Shown: piece after piece, positions 1 through 8,365 of the stretch
Layout: the number at the start of each line of letters is the position of its first letter
Numbering within the stretch: position 1 is the stretch's first letter
NCBI GenBank assembly: GCA_033551855.1
Contig: JAWSUI010000069.1
Span: 1-17,906 of the forward strand
Source of the DNA: Deferrisomatales bacterium
Lineage (GTDB): Bacteria > Desulfobacterota > Deferrisomatia > Deferrisomatales > JACRMM01
DNA length: 17,906 nt
Direction of reading: 5' to 3'
Notes under the pieces: generated by a model
The model's input: only the letters and a program-made list of their open reading frames with translations
Databases searched by the model: none
What the model was told of the DNA's origin: nothing
Translations under genes and position numbers: made by a program

Positions 1-2
1 CC

Positions 3-176
3 GGCCGGAAGCCCGGACGGGGGCCTCAGGAACGCTTCGGGGCTCTCCAGAAACCGCTCCCGGCACCGGGGGTTGCAGAAGTGGACCGTCCGGCCGTCGT
101 GCTCCGCCGAGCCGCCCGGGGGGGCGTCGGGGTCTACCTCCATGCCGCAGACCGGGTCGATGGTTTTGGAACCCAT
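3..176 (-). CDS. 5' part (runs off window) of a YHS-domain protein, probably a heavy-metal/Cu(I) P1B-type ATPase
   Basis: Not in the ORF track. Manual translation from ATG at 176: MGSKTIDPVCGMEVDPDAPPGGSAEHDGRTVHFCNPRCRERFLESPEAFLRPPSGLPA. DPVCGM...FCxxxC is the YHS/TRASH metal-binding signature. AAAGGA lies just upstream. The ATPase identity is inferred from context only. Confidence 0.85.
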   Translation of the reverse strand, partial: MGSKTIDPVCGMEVDPDAPPGGSAEHDGRTVHFCNPRCRERFLESPEAFLRPPSGLPA

Positions 177-252
177 GTCATCCTTTCGCACAGTACCGGG
201 AGGAGCAACGACCCTTGGACGCATTTCCGGCCCCGGCAGTTTCACGCAGCGT

Positions 253-1104
253 TCACTCGTGCTGCTCGTAGAGGCGGAGTCCCACGGTGTGGTCCTCCCG
301 GGAAACCCTGCCCGCCCGGTCCGTCACCGACCACGAGACCTGCAAGCGAAGCCCTTCGCGGAGCGTCACGGGCTGGGACGGGCGAAAGACGACCGCCATG
401 TCGAAGGCGTGCAGATACGCCTGACCGGGCACCGCCGTGCCGTCGTCGAGGCGGAGGCGGAAGGCATCTACCGCCACGGGCCGGTCGAACAGCACGTGGA
501 TGTCCCTGGGCTCCTCTCCCTCGTGGTAGGGGGCCGCCACGTCCAGGAACCGCGGGGGCGGCGGCGGCTCCAGGAGGGTCGCATCGGGCTTCACGGCCGG
601 GCCCCGGGCGCCCCCGTCCACCGCGACGGCCGCCGCCTCCACTCCCGGGAACTGGGCCAAAGTGTGGGCCGCGGCCTGCGCGGCTATGGGACCCAGGACG
701 GTGCCGGCTTCCAGTGCCACGCGAAGGACGGCCGTGGCCCCCTCGCGCTCCACCCCCAGGAACCGGGACCCGGGTGGGAAGACCCGGGGCGGCTCGAAGA
801 AGCGCAGGGAGATCGGGTAGCCCTCCACCAGGACCCCCGCCGCGTGCTCCAAGACCCGGTCCGGGTCGAGGAGGAACAGGGGGAGAGCCGAGAGACGGTC
901 CGCCCCTCCGGAGCGCCCGACGCCCGGAAGGAACACGACGGCCGCGAGGCAGCTCTCCGGCGCCTCGGTGCGGGGAGTCGGTCCGAAGGCTTCCCGATAG
1001 GCCGGAGTGGAGGGCGCGGGCCCTTCCGCGGCCGTCGAAGCCGGGGGAAAGCTCCCCGACGCGGCAAGGATCGAGGCGAGGACCAACAGGGCGCGGCGAA
1101 GCAT
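253..1104 (-). CDS. Exported GerMN-domain-like protein with C-terminal Ig-like segment (283 aa)
   Basis: Signal peptide MLRRALLVLASILAA; GerMN-like stretch FPPGSRFLGV...AAAHTLAQFPGVEAAAVAVDG; Ig-like VLFDRPV segment; GAGGAG RBS upstream. Confidence 0.75.
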   Translation of the reverse strand: MLRRALLVLASILAASGSFPPASTAAEGPAPSTPAYREAFGPTPRTEAPESCLAAVVFLPGVGRSGGADRLSALPLFLLDPDRVLEHAAGVLVEGYPISLRFFEPPRVFPPGSRFLGVEREGATAVLRVALEAGTVLGPIAAQAAAHTLAQFPGVEAAAVAVDGGARGPAVKPDATLLEPPPPPRFLDVAAPYHEGEEPRDIHVLFDRPVAVDAFRLRLDDGTAVPGQAYLHAFDMAVVFRPSQPVTLREGLRLQVSWSVTDRAGRVSREDHTVGLRLYEQHE

Positions 1105-1191
1105 AGGGAAACTCCTCTCGGGAGGGGGGCTCGGAGCATTCTACCGCGAGGCGGCCGCTTGGCGAGGTGCCGGCACGGCGGCAGGCGCTCG

Positions 1192-1305
1192 CGCCAGGAA
1201 GAACGACGGCCGCCAGGCGCCTCTCCGGGGCCTCGGTCCAGGGCGCCGGGCCGAAGGCCTCCCGGTAGGCAGGGTTCGCCGGGGCAGGCCCCTCGGCGGC
1301 GACGG
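1192..1305 (-). pseudogene. Diverged duplicate fragment of the 5' part of the GerMN-like gene (matches about 921-1037)
   Basis: Encodes AAEGPAPANPAYREAFGPAPWTEAPERRLAAVV-LPG versus AAEGPAPSTPAYREAFGPTPRTEAPESCLAAVVFLPG in the intact gene. It has no own start or signal peptide, and similarity stops after LPG. Confidence 0.75.
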
Positions 1306-1693
1306 CGAGGGCGACCGACGATTTGGGACACACGAAGTGTAGCTCATCCGGGGAATGACCGGGTACTCGTCTCCAGGGACGATCGGGTGGGCCCGACCAC
1401 GTAGGCGGACGGCCGCTCGACCGGCACAGCCGCTTCGGGAGTCGCGATGCCGCGAGGATTCCGGACGCGGCGGGGAAGAACACCTACCGTGCAGCCCGGC
1501 CTCGTCTGCCGGAGTGGGAGGGCCCACCCGGTCGTGTACCGGAAGAACCTGAAGTGTCTCCTCGTCCGGTGTGGGGCATCCCTTGAGTCTGCCTCGGGCC
1601 GAGCCGGTAGCGAGGGCCCGGGGCTCGGGTTGGCGGCGCGGGACCCGGGTGCCCCGACGCACCGGCGCCGGTGGGTCCATCGGCCTGTCTGTG

Positions 1694-1718
1694 GGGGGAC
1701 GGGAAGCACCCGTCCCCC
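1694..1718 (-). terminator. Perfect 10-bp GC hairpin just after the small peptide gene (terminator or mRNA stabiliser)
   Basis: GGGGGACGGG-AAGCA-CCCGTCCCCC, 7 nt past the stop at 1726; no clear U-tract. Confidence 0.5.
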
Positions 1719-1725
1719 GGCGGGG

Positions 1726-1890
1726 TTACGGCCCCATCTCCCAGGGAGTGAGGACGTGCCGGTCGTCGGCTACCCGCTCGGCGCAGCTCCTGCAGTTGCC
1801 GCAGGCGTCCTGCGGGGCGGCGGCGAGGGTGGTGCCGGCGGCGGCCAGCGCGAAGGCGGCGGCGAGGGCGATCATCAGGGTCTTGCGCAT
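1726..1890 (-). CDS. Small secreted Cys-rich peptide (54 aa, CxxCxxC)
   Basis: MRKTLMIALAAAFALAAAGTTLAAAPQDACGNCRSCAERVADDRHVLTPWEMGP; AGGAGG RBS before ATG 1890; Sec-pathway signal peptide; own sigma54 promoter and downstream hairpin. Confidence 0.8.
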   Translation of the reverse strand: MRKTLMIALAAAFALAAAGTTLAAAPQDACGNCRSCAERVADDRHVLTPWEMGP

Positions 1891-1948
1891 GGTACACCTC
1901 CTACGGGTTGGGGTGGTTGGGACGGCTTCTCGTTTCGCCCCGGTGAAT

Positions 1949-1965
1949 TGCAGAGGCCGTGCCAA
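1949..1965 (-). promoter_or_regulatory. sigma54 (-24/-12) promoter for the small peptide gene
   Basis: Minus strand TTGGCACGGCCTCTGCA, i.e. TGGCAC with GG-N10-GC spacing. Confidence 0.8.
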
Positions 1966-2052
1966 CCCGGAAGCATGCCACATAACACTTGGCGATCATT
2001 GACAAATATCGCCACGTTCCCCAGGGCGCGTTCCCCCGGCAGCGTTTGTAAT

Positions 2053-2089
2053 TGCTGAATAGTCTCGACCCCTTGTAGACCTCTGTACA
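2053..2089. promoter_or_regulatory. Paired upstream activator sites for the 1949-1965 promoter
   Basis: TGCTGAATAGTCTCGA-N5-TGTAGACCTCTGTACA; the second site is TGT-N10-ACA; 90-126 bp from -24. Confidence 0.55.
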
Positions 2090-2290
2090 CCCGTCGCCCT
2101 CACCCTCGAGGGCGACCGGGCCCCTCCGCGGCGGGAACGTCCGACCCTCGGGCGGCGGCCCGGGGTTGCCCGCGGGCGGGGACGCGGAGCTTCCCATCGG
2201 CGAAGGCAACGGGCGCCGCCGCCTTGCCTCGCCGCCGGTATTCGCTAACCTGGCAAACATTGGGTGTCCACTCTCGGGAGGAAACGCCTC

Positions 2291-2515
2291 GTGCGGGGAG
2301 TAGGGATCGCCGTGTTGGGACTCCTGTGGTCCCTGGCCGGATGCGCGGCCGGACCGGCAGCCGTCGCCTTGCCCCCGGGGCATCCCGCCGACCCGGCGGC
2401 CGAGGAGGCCCCCTTCGTGCGACCGGCCAACCCCTTGGCCGAGTCCTTCCCCACCCCGGCCCCGCCCCCACCGAGGGCGGCCCCTCACCCAGGGCACGGG
2501 GGGCACCCGCCGTGA
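2291..2515 (+). CDS. Small Pro/His-rich lipoprotein (74 aa), first gene of the TolC-MCO operon
   Basis: GTG start after GGGAGG; lipobox LAGC; LPPGHPA and C-terminal HPGHGGH; stop overlaps the TolC start (GTGA). Confidence 0.75.
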   Translation: MRGVGIAVLGLLWSLAGCAAGPAAVALPPGHPADPAAEEAPFVRPANPLAESFPTPAPPPPRAAPHPGHGGHPP

Positions 2516-3990
2516 GGGGTACCGTGGCGGCGCTCGGGTCTGCCTTCCTCGCCGCCTGCGCGGCGTGGGGTTCCGGCTGCGCCCACGTCCCTGCCGAAGC
2601 CGGGTTCGGGGACCTCCAGCGAGAGGTGGGGGAGCGGGTCCCCTACTCCGTCGCCTGGCATCGGAACCCGGCCGAGGCCGAGGTGGCGGCACAAGCGGTG
2701 GACGCCCTCCTGGCGGAGCCCCTCACGGCGGACGCCGCCGCGAGGATCGCCCTCCTCAACGACCCGGCCCTCCAGGCCGCCTACGAGGAGCTCGGGGTCG
2801 CCCAGGCCGACGTGGTGCGGGCCGCGCTGCTCCCCAACCCGACCGTGGCGGCCTCGGTGCGCTTCCCCGACGTGGAGCCCCGTCGGCCCAACTGGGACCT
2901 GGGAGTGAGCCAGAGTTTGCTCGACGTGCTCCTCCTCCCGGCTCGGCGGGCGCTGGCCGAGGAGCAGTTCGAGGGGGTGAAGCTCGAAATCGCGGATCGC
3001 GCGCTCGCCACCGCGGCGGGGGCCAAACGGGCCTATTACGAGGTCCTGGGCGCCGCCCAGGTGGCGGCGAGCCGCGCCCAGGCCGCGGAGGCCGCCTCCC
3101 TCGCCCTGGAGCTCGCCCGGAGGACCCACGGGGCCGGGAACCTGAGCGACCTGGAACTGGCCCGAGAGCGGGATCGTGCCGCGGCAGTGCGGGTCGCCTG
3201 GGTCCGAGCCGAGGGCGAGCTGGCGGGCGCCCGGGAAGCATTGAACCGCCGCCTCGGGCTGTGGGGACGGCAGACCGGGTGGACCCTGCCGGCCGGGTTC
3301 CCCGAGCTGCCCGGGGCGGAGCCTCCCCTCGACCGCCTGGAGTCCGAAGCCGTGGTGTCGCGCCTCGACCTGGCAGCGGCCCGCATAGCCGTGGGGGTCC
3401 GGGCGCGCGCCCTGGGGCTCACCGCCGACTGGCGGTGGCTCGGCTCCCTGGAGCTCGGCGCGGGTGCCGAGCGCGAAACCGGGGGAAGGTGGCTCGTGGG
3501 GCCCAACGCCTCGGTGGAGCTCCCCCTCTTCCACCAGCGCCAGCCCCAGCTGGCGGCGGCCGAGGCCCGGCTCCGCCAGAGCCGGCACCAGCTGGCCGCC
3601 CTGGCGGTGCGCGTTCGCTCCGAGGTGCGAGAGGCCCGGGATCGACTCCTGCGCCTCAGGGACCTCGCCGAGCACTACCGGGACGTGGTCCTGCCGCTGC
3701 GGGAAGAGATCGTGACCCTCACCCAGCAGGAGTACAACTACATGCTCGCGAGCCCCTTCGACCTCCTCGCGGCCCGGCGCTCCGAGCTCGAGGCCCGGGA
3801 GGCCTACGCCGAGTCCCTGGCCGGGTACTGGGGGACCCGGGCCGAGCTGGAACGGGCCGTGGGCCGGGAACTGCCGCTCCTCGCACCTGCGCCGGCCCCC
3901 CGTGAGGAAGAGGATCTGGAGGAGTTCTTCCGGGACCTGGAGCCCTCCCCACCGCGAGCGCCCCACCCCCACCACGGAGGCCGACCATGA
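2512..3990 (+). CDS. TolC/outer-membrane efflux family lipoprotein (492 aa)
   Basis: Probable GTG start at 2512; lipobox-like GSGC; OEP features (ALLNDPALQAAYEELGVAQAD, LLPNP, RLDL, ELPLF, FDLLAAR, LERAVG); His-rich tail; ATGA overlap with the MCO. Confidence 0.92.
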   Translation: MRGTVAALGSAFLAACAAWGSGCAHVPAEAGFGDLQREVGERVPYSVAWHRNPAEAEVAAQAVDALLAEPLTADAAARIALLNDPALQAAYEELGVAQADVVRAALLPNPTVAASVRFPDVEPRRPNWDLGVSQSLLDVLLLPARRALAEEQFEGVKLEIADRALATAAGAKRAYYEVLGAAQVAASRAQAAEAASLALELARRTHGAGNLSDLELARERDRAAAVRVAWVRAEGELAGAREALNRRLGLWGRQTGWTLPAGFPELPGAEPPLDRLESEAVVSRLDLAAARIAVGVRARALGLTADWRWLGSLELGAGAERETGGRWLVGPNASVELPLFHQRQPQLAAAEARLRQSRHQLAALAVRVRSEVREARDRLLRLRDLAEHYRDVVLPLREEIVTLTQQEYNYMLASPFDLLAARRSELEAREAYAESLAGYWGTRAELERAVGRELPLLAPAPAPREEEDLEEFFRDLEPSPPRAPHPHHGGRP

Positions 3991-5252
3991 CTCCAGGGCT
4001 CACCCGCCGCCAGATCCTCGCCTCGGCCGCCCTGCTGGCGGGGGCCCCGGGAGCTGCGGGCCTGCTCCGGGAGGCCGCGGCCTCTCCCTCCCGCCCCGCC
4101 GGGCCTTCCGGGGGGCACCTCCCGGTCGTCACCCCCAACGGCAGCACCCTGCCCTGGGCCATGAAGGACGGGGTCAAGGAGTTCCACCTCGTCGCCGAGC
4201 CCGTGGAACGGGAGTTCGCCCCCGGCATGACCGTCAAGGCCTACGGCTACAACGGCCAGACCCCGGGCCCCACGATCGAGGCCGTGGAGGGCGACCGGGT
4301 CCGAATCCTCGTCACCAACCGCCTGCCGAGCCACACCACCATCCACTGGCATGGCGTGCTCCTGCCCAACGGCATGGACGGGGTGGGGGGGCTCAACCAG
4401 CCCCACATCGGGCCGGGGGAGACCTGGGCCTACGAGTTCACCCTGCGCCAGTCCGGCACGCTCATGTACCACCCCCACGCCGACGAGATGCTCCAGCTCG
4501 CGATGGGCATGATGGGTTTCTTCATCGTCCACCCCAGGGAACCCGCCGAGCCTCCGGTAGACCGGGACTTCGCCCTCATGACCCACGCATGGGCGATCCA
4601 TCCGGGCACCTTCCGGCCCGACCCCTCGGTGATGCTCGACTTCAACCTCTTCACCTTCAACAGCGTGGTCTTTCCGACAACCGAGCCCCTGCTGGCGCGC
4701 ACTGGGGACCGGGTTCGCATCCGCCTCGCCAACCTGAGCATGGACGAGCACCCGATCCACATCCACGGCCACCACTTCTGGGTCACCGGCACCGACGCCG
4801 GGCCCCTTCCCCCCACGGCCCGGTGGTCGGAGACCACGGTGCAGGTGCCCGTGGGGACAACCCGGGACATCGAGTTCGTGGCCGACAACCCCGGCGACTG
4901 GGCCTTCCACTGCCACAAGTCCCACCACGTCATGAACCCCATGGCCCACGGCCTCCCGAGCCTCCTGGGCGTGAGCCAGGAGGGGCTGGAGGAACGAATC
5001 GCCGCCCTCGTCCCCGGCTACATGGCGATGGGCGAGACGGGGATGGCCGGGATGCAGGACATGGCGGCCCACATGCCCGGCCCCCGCAACACCCTGCCCA
5101 TGATGATGGGGGAGGGCCCCTTCGGGAACATCGAGATGGGGGGGATGTTCACCATCATCAAGATCCGGGACGACCTGGAGAGCTACGACCGCGACCCGGG
5201 CTGGTACTCCCAGCCCCCGGGGACCGCGACGTACCGGGTGGACGCCGGCTAA
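3987..5252 (+). CDS. Tat-exported two-domain multicopper oxidase with Met-rich C-terminus (421 aa)
   Basis: TRRQIL twin-arginine signal; Cu motifs HWHG, YHPH, HPIHIHGH, HCHKSHHVM (T1 site in domain 2); Met-rich tail. Confidence 0.95.
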   Translation: MTPGLTRRQILASAALLAGAPGAAGLLREAAASPSRPAGPSGGHLPVVTPNGSTLPWAMKDGVKEFHLVAEPVEREFAPGMTVKAYGYNGQTPGPTIEAVEGDRVRILVTNRLPSHTTIHWHGVLLPNGMDGVGGLNQPHIGPGETWAYEFTLRQSGTLMYHPHADEMLQLAMGMMGFFIVHPREPAEPPVDRDFALMTHAWAIHPGTFRPDPSVMLDFNLFTFNSVVFPTTEPLLARTGDRVRIRLANLSMDEHPIHIHGHHFWVTGTDAGPLPPTARWSETTVQVPVGTTRDIEFVADNPGDWAFHCHKSHHVMNPMAHGLPSLLGVSQEGLEERIAALVPGYMAMGETGMAGMQDMAAHMPGPRNTLPMMMGEGPFGNIEMGGMFTIIKIRDDLESYDRDPGWYSQPPGTATYRVDAG

Positions 5253-5471
5253 GACCGTACGCCCAGGCCGCCGCAGCCTCTGCGCCGACCCGCCGGCGCG
5301 CTCTCGGAAGGCTCTCGAGAAGTGTCCGCGAGCTTCGTCCGGCGACCCCGCTTTCCCCCTTCGCCTGCCCCTCGAGGTTCCTGAGGGCCTTCGGAGCCCT
5401 CCCGGCGAAGCCCTCCGCCGTGACATCCGAAGACCCATTCCCCGGCCCCACGGGAGAGGGTATCCTGCGGG

Positions 5472-5509
5472 TGTCGGATTGTCTCCAGAGGAGTGGAGAC
5501 CCCTCTGCA
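5472..5509. promoter_or_regulatory. Paired upstream activator sites for the 5594-5609 promoter
   Basis: TGTCGGATTGTCTCCA-N6-TGGAGACCCCTCTGCA; 86-123 bp from -24; similar to 2053-2089. Confidence 0.55.
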
Positions 5510-5593
5510 GCTCACCCGCTCCCCCGAACCCTCGGGGCCCTCCGTTTCCGAAGAAGACGCCGGAAAGCCAGCGAAGAAGGAGCCGGGCCGTCA

Positions 5594-5609
5594 CGGCACG
5601 GGAGTTGCT
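5594..5609 (+). promoter_or_regulatory. sigma54 promoter for the 5721-8046 unit
   Basis: CGGCACGGGAGTTGCT, near-consensus GGCAC-N5-TTGC. Confidence 0.85.
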
Positions 5610-5720
5610 CCGCTCGACATCACCGGCCGGCGGCGGACCGTCCGGGACATCCCCCCCGGGGAGCCCGGCGGTCCCGCCGGACCGAACGAGGAACTTCGGC
5701 ACCCAGCAAAGGAGCCACAG

Positions 5721-6248
5721 ATGCGCACCTACCGCGGCCTACTCGCTCTCGGAGCGGCCATAGCATGGGCCGTGACCGGATGTGCAACGGTCAGACCCCC
5801 ATCCGCAGACTTGGCCATGACGGACGAGAACACCGGCGAACCGGTTGGCGAGGCGATCCGCCAGGTGTCGGTCGACGGGCACCGGTTCGAGTACTACCTC
5901 ATGGGCTTGCCGGGCTCGGATGCCAGATGGGGCAGCGCCCGGGCCCCGACCAACCACCTGATGCTCTATCTCGGGGACCAGGATGGGAAGACCGTCGCAG
6001 ACGCGCAGGTCCGCTTCACCGTGGCCGATCCCGGCGGGGCGAGCGCCCGAGTCCACGCCTACTACGTGAAGGGGCGCCGGGTGGTCCGGAGCACTCCGCC
6101 GAGAGCCCGCTCGACCGAGGCGGTCGTGATGGAGGGCGGTTACGGGGCGGATCTGAGCCTCAGGGCCCGGGGCGCCCACCGCATCTCCGCGGAAGTGATC
6201 ATGGGGAGCAAGGTGCTCCGAGACGAGTTTGCCTACACGGTAGAGTAG
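5721..6248 (+). CDS. Lipoprotein, possibly YtkA/FixH-like Ig fold (175 aa)
   Basis: ATG 5721 after AAGGAG; lipobox VTGC; TNHLMLYL...DAQVRFTV...MEGGYGADL pattern; the fold call is tentative. Confidence 0.75.
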   Translation: MRTYRGLLALGAAIAWAVTGCATVRPPSADLAMTDENTGEPVGEAIRQVSVDGHRFEYYLMGLPGSDARWGSARAPTNHLMLYLGDQDGKTVADAQVRFTVADPGGASARVHAYYVKGRRVVRSTPPRARSTEAVVMEGGYGADLSLRARGAHRISAEVIMGSKVLRDEFAYTVE

Positions 6249-6400
6249 GCCGGGCAGGCGCCCCGGGACGCCGGAACAGGCGAGCCCCGGATGAGCCGCC
6301 CGTCTCGCTCACTTCAAGCTCCGGGCCGGGGGCGACGAAGAGAGCGCGGTCGGACGGGCGAATCTGGAGCAGGCTCTTTCCTTCGAGGGGAGAATAGAGT

Positions 6401-7651
6401 TTGTCTATTGGTCGCACCGGCAGACGATCCGGCCGCATTCGGGTTCCCGTGCTCCTCCTGCTCCTCGGGCTTGTCCTCTCCGCCGCACACGTGCTCGCCC
6501 ACAGCGAGGCCCACGAGACCGAGGCGGGCCACTCGGCCGTGGGCTTCGGCTACGTGGGCCTGGAGCCCGAGGGCTTGGTGGATCCCGCCGACCTGGAGGA
6601 GTTCACGGAGCGGGTCACGGGGGAAGCCTACGCCAAGGCCCGGCTGGACGGCGTACGGCTGGTCGCCCTGACCCTCGTCCTGGCCGGGGTGTTCGCGGCC
6701 TACGGCGGGGGGCGAAACGCGAGGCCTCGCTGGGGCCGGGCCCTGGAGTGGGATGCCCTGGGGACCACGTGCGGGATGTTGCTGCTCTTCGCCGTCGTCC
6801 CCTCGGGGGCCGCGATCTCCTTTTTCTACAACCCCTCCCCCTGGCAGACTTATGCGAGCGTGGAGGGCATGGCGGCTCGGCCGATTCTCGCGTTCCTGCG
6901 CAACCTGCACACCTGGTCGAGCGAGCTCCTCCTGGCCCTGATGCTCGTCCACGCGGCCAAGACGGTGTCGTCCAAGGGGTATCTGGGGCGCCGCAAGGTG
7001 ATCTGGCTCACCGGCGCCCTCCTCTTCGTCGTGCTCTGGCTCAATTTCGTGGCCGGGAGCTTCCTTCGCGGGGACCAGGAAGCCCTGGAGGGGTTCCAGC
7101 ACGTCATGTACGCCCTCTCGCTAGTGCCGCTGGGGGAGCACGTGGCGAGGTTCTTCTCCGGCGAGCCGGCCGTCATGAGGCTCTTCTCCTCCCACGTGAC
7201 CCTCACGCTGGCCGCGGGTTTTCTGCTCCTGACACTGCACGTGCTCATGCGTCAGGAGTACGTGCACGTCCAGAAGCACTGGAAGGTGGCTCTAGCATAT
7301 TCAGCCGCCCTCGGAGGGCTGCTCGTCCTCCAGAGCACCCTCCAGGAAGCGCCCCTGGTCCGGGGGCTGGCCGCCGGGCCCGCCGTGACCGGGATCGAGA
7401 TCACCAAGCCCCCGTGGCCGCTCTACTTTCTCGTGGCCGGAGAAAACCTCTTCGGCGCGGCCGCCATGGCAGCGGCACCCGTGGTCGTGTTTCTTCCGTT
7501 CGTGCTGTTCCCATACCTGGTGGAGCGCCTCCCGGGGCGAGGGGCCTCTCGGGCGCGGGTGGGGGAGGCCGCCTTCTACGCGGGCTGTCTCGCGATCCTC
7601 GGTCTTTCGCTTTGGGCCGCGGCGAGCCCCATCGTTCCGCACATCTTCTGA
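6401..7651 (+). CDS. Divergent cytochrome b/b6-family membrane protein with His-rich N-terminal extension (start uncertain)
   Basis: Four heme-ligand His in RNLH-x13-H and SSH-x14-H; WLTG and GSFL motifs; KPPWPLY at the PEWY position; TTG start after GGGGAG. Confidence 0.85.
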   Translation: MSIGRTGRRSGRIRVPVLLLLLGLVLSAAHVLAHSEAHETEAGHSAVGFGYVGLEPEGLVDPADLEEFTERVTGEAYAKARLDGVRLVALTLVLAGVFAAYGGGRNARPRWGRALEWDALGTTCGMLLLFAVVPSGAAISFFYNPSPWQTYASVEGMAARPILAFLRNLHTWSSELLLALMLVHAAKTVSSKGYLGRRKVIWLTGALLFVVLWLNFVAGSFLRGDQEALEGFQHVMYALSLVPLGEHVARFFSGEPAVMRLFSSHVTLTLAAGFLLLTLHVLMRQEYVHVQKHWKVALAYSAALGGLLVLQSTLQEAPLVRGLAAGPAVTGIEITKPPWPLYFLVAGENLFGAAAMAAAPVVVFLPFVLFPYLVERLPGRGASRARVGEAAFYAGCLAILGLSLWAAASPIVPHIF

Positions 7652-7680
7652 GCCGCGAGCGCGCGGAGAAGGGAGCGAAG

Positions 7681-8046
7681 ATGCCCATGCTCGGAAGGAG
7701 GAGAGCCCTCGCGCTCTGGGGAGCCCTGCTCCTGACTCTGGCGCTGGGGGGCCGAGCCTTGGCCCAGGAGCGGATCCGGCTGGGCCCCTACGAAACCTAT
7801 GAGCGGTGCATCGAGCTCAATCCCGGGAACTCCCTTCGCTACTCCTACGAGGCCTCCGCGCCGCTCCGCTTCGACATCCACTTCCACGCCGGAGAGAAGA
7901 CCCAGTACCCCGTCTACCGGGACGGGGCCCTCTCCGGGAGCGGCGTCTTCACGGCGCGCCAGCGAAACGAGTACTGCGTGTACTGGGCTCTGCGCGACGA
8001 GGGCTCCGCGGATCTGACCTTCGAGATCCGCACCCTTCGGCGCTAG
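7681..8046 (+). CDS. Small exported beta-rich protein (121 aa), GOLD-like, with HxH and a Cys pair
   Basis: ATG 7681 after GGGAG; signal peptide ending ALA-QE; YERCIEL...FDIHFH...EYCVYW. Confidence 0.75.
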   Translation: MPMLGRRRALALWGALLLTLALGGRALAQERIRLGPYETYERCIELNPGNSLRYSYEASAPLRFDIHFHAGEKTQYPVYRDGALSGSGVFTARQRNEYCVYWALRDEGSADLTFEIRTLRR

Positions 8047-8141
8047 CTTCGGCCCTGCCTGCCCTGCTTTTCCTACGATCAACGATCCCGGACAGCCCTC
8101 CGGGCAATGGCAGCCGGCCGCTCCGGAAGGTGCGCACGGGG

Positions 8142-8305
8142 ATGGTGCGCGAGGGAATGGGGCGAAAAATGCAGATGGAGCGGGGCATGGGTGGTCAGGA
8201 GATGGTGCCCGGCATGATGCAGGGCGGCAGGGTGCCGATGATGCATCAGACTCAGCCGGACACCAGCCCCACGAAGGACACCACCCGGGGAACAAGGCCG
8301 AGTGA
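8142..8305 (+). pseudogene. Remnant of a Met/His-rich metal-binding protein
   Basis: MVREGMGRKMQMERGMGGQEMVPGMMQGGRVPMMHQ, then in a shifted frame AGHQPHEGHHPGNKAE*; no intact N-terminus. Confidence 0.4.
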
Positions 8306-8365
8306 TTGCCGACGGCGGTCGCAGCCCGCGCCGAGCCTTGCTGGTAGTGGGTTGAGGCCCCGGGG

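Noticed and set aside
73..1483. Long ORFs 73-1404 (+), 81-1106 (+), 242-1483 (-)
   Set aside because: Arg/Gly/Pro-rich shadow frames of the GerMN-like gene in GC-rich DNA; no motifs. Only the duplicated segment within 242-1483 is informative.
1306..1690. Protein-like snippets on - (FRFFRYTTGWALP, GIATPEAAVPVE, PIVPGDEYPVIP)
   Set aside because: May be a decayed gene, but I cannot assign a family or a consistent frame.
2224..2511. Upstream extension of the TolC ORF (588 aa version)
   Set aside because: Overlaps the lipoprotein gene; the signal peptide begins at GTG 2512.
3804..6397. Very long ORFs 3902-6397 (+) and 3804-5702 (-)
   Set aside because: Alternate or antisense frames of the MCO and lipoprotein genes; low-complexity composition.
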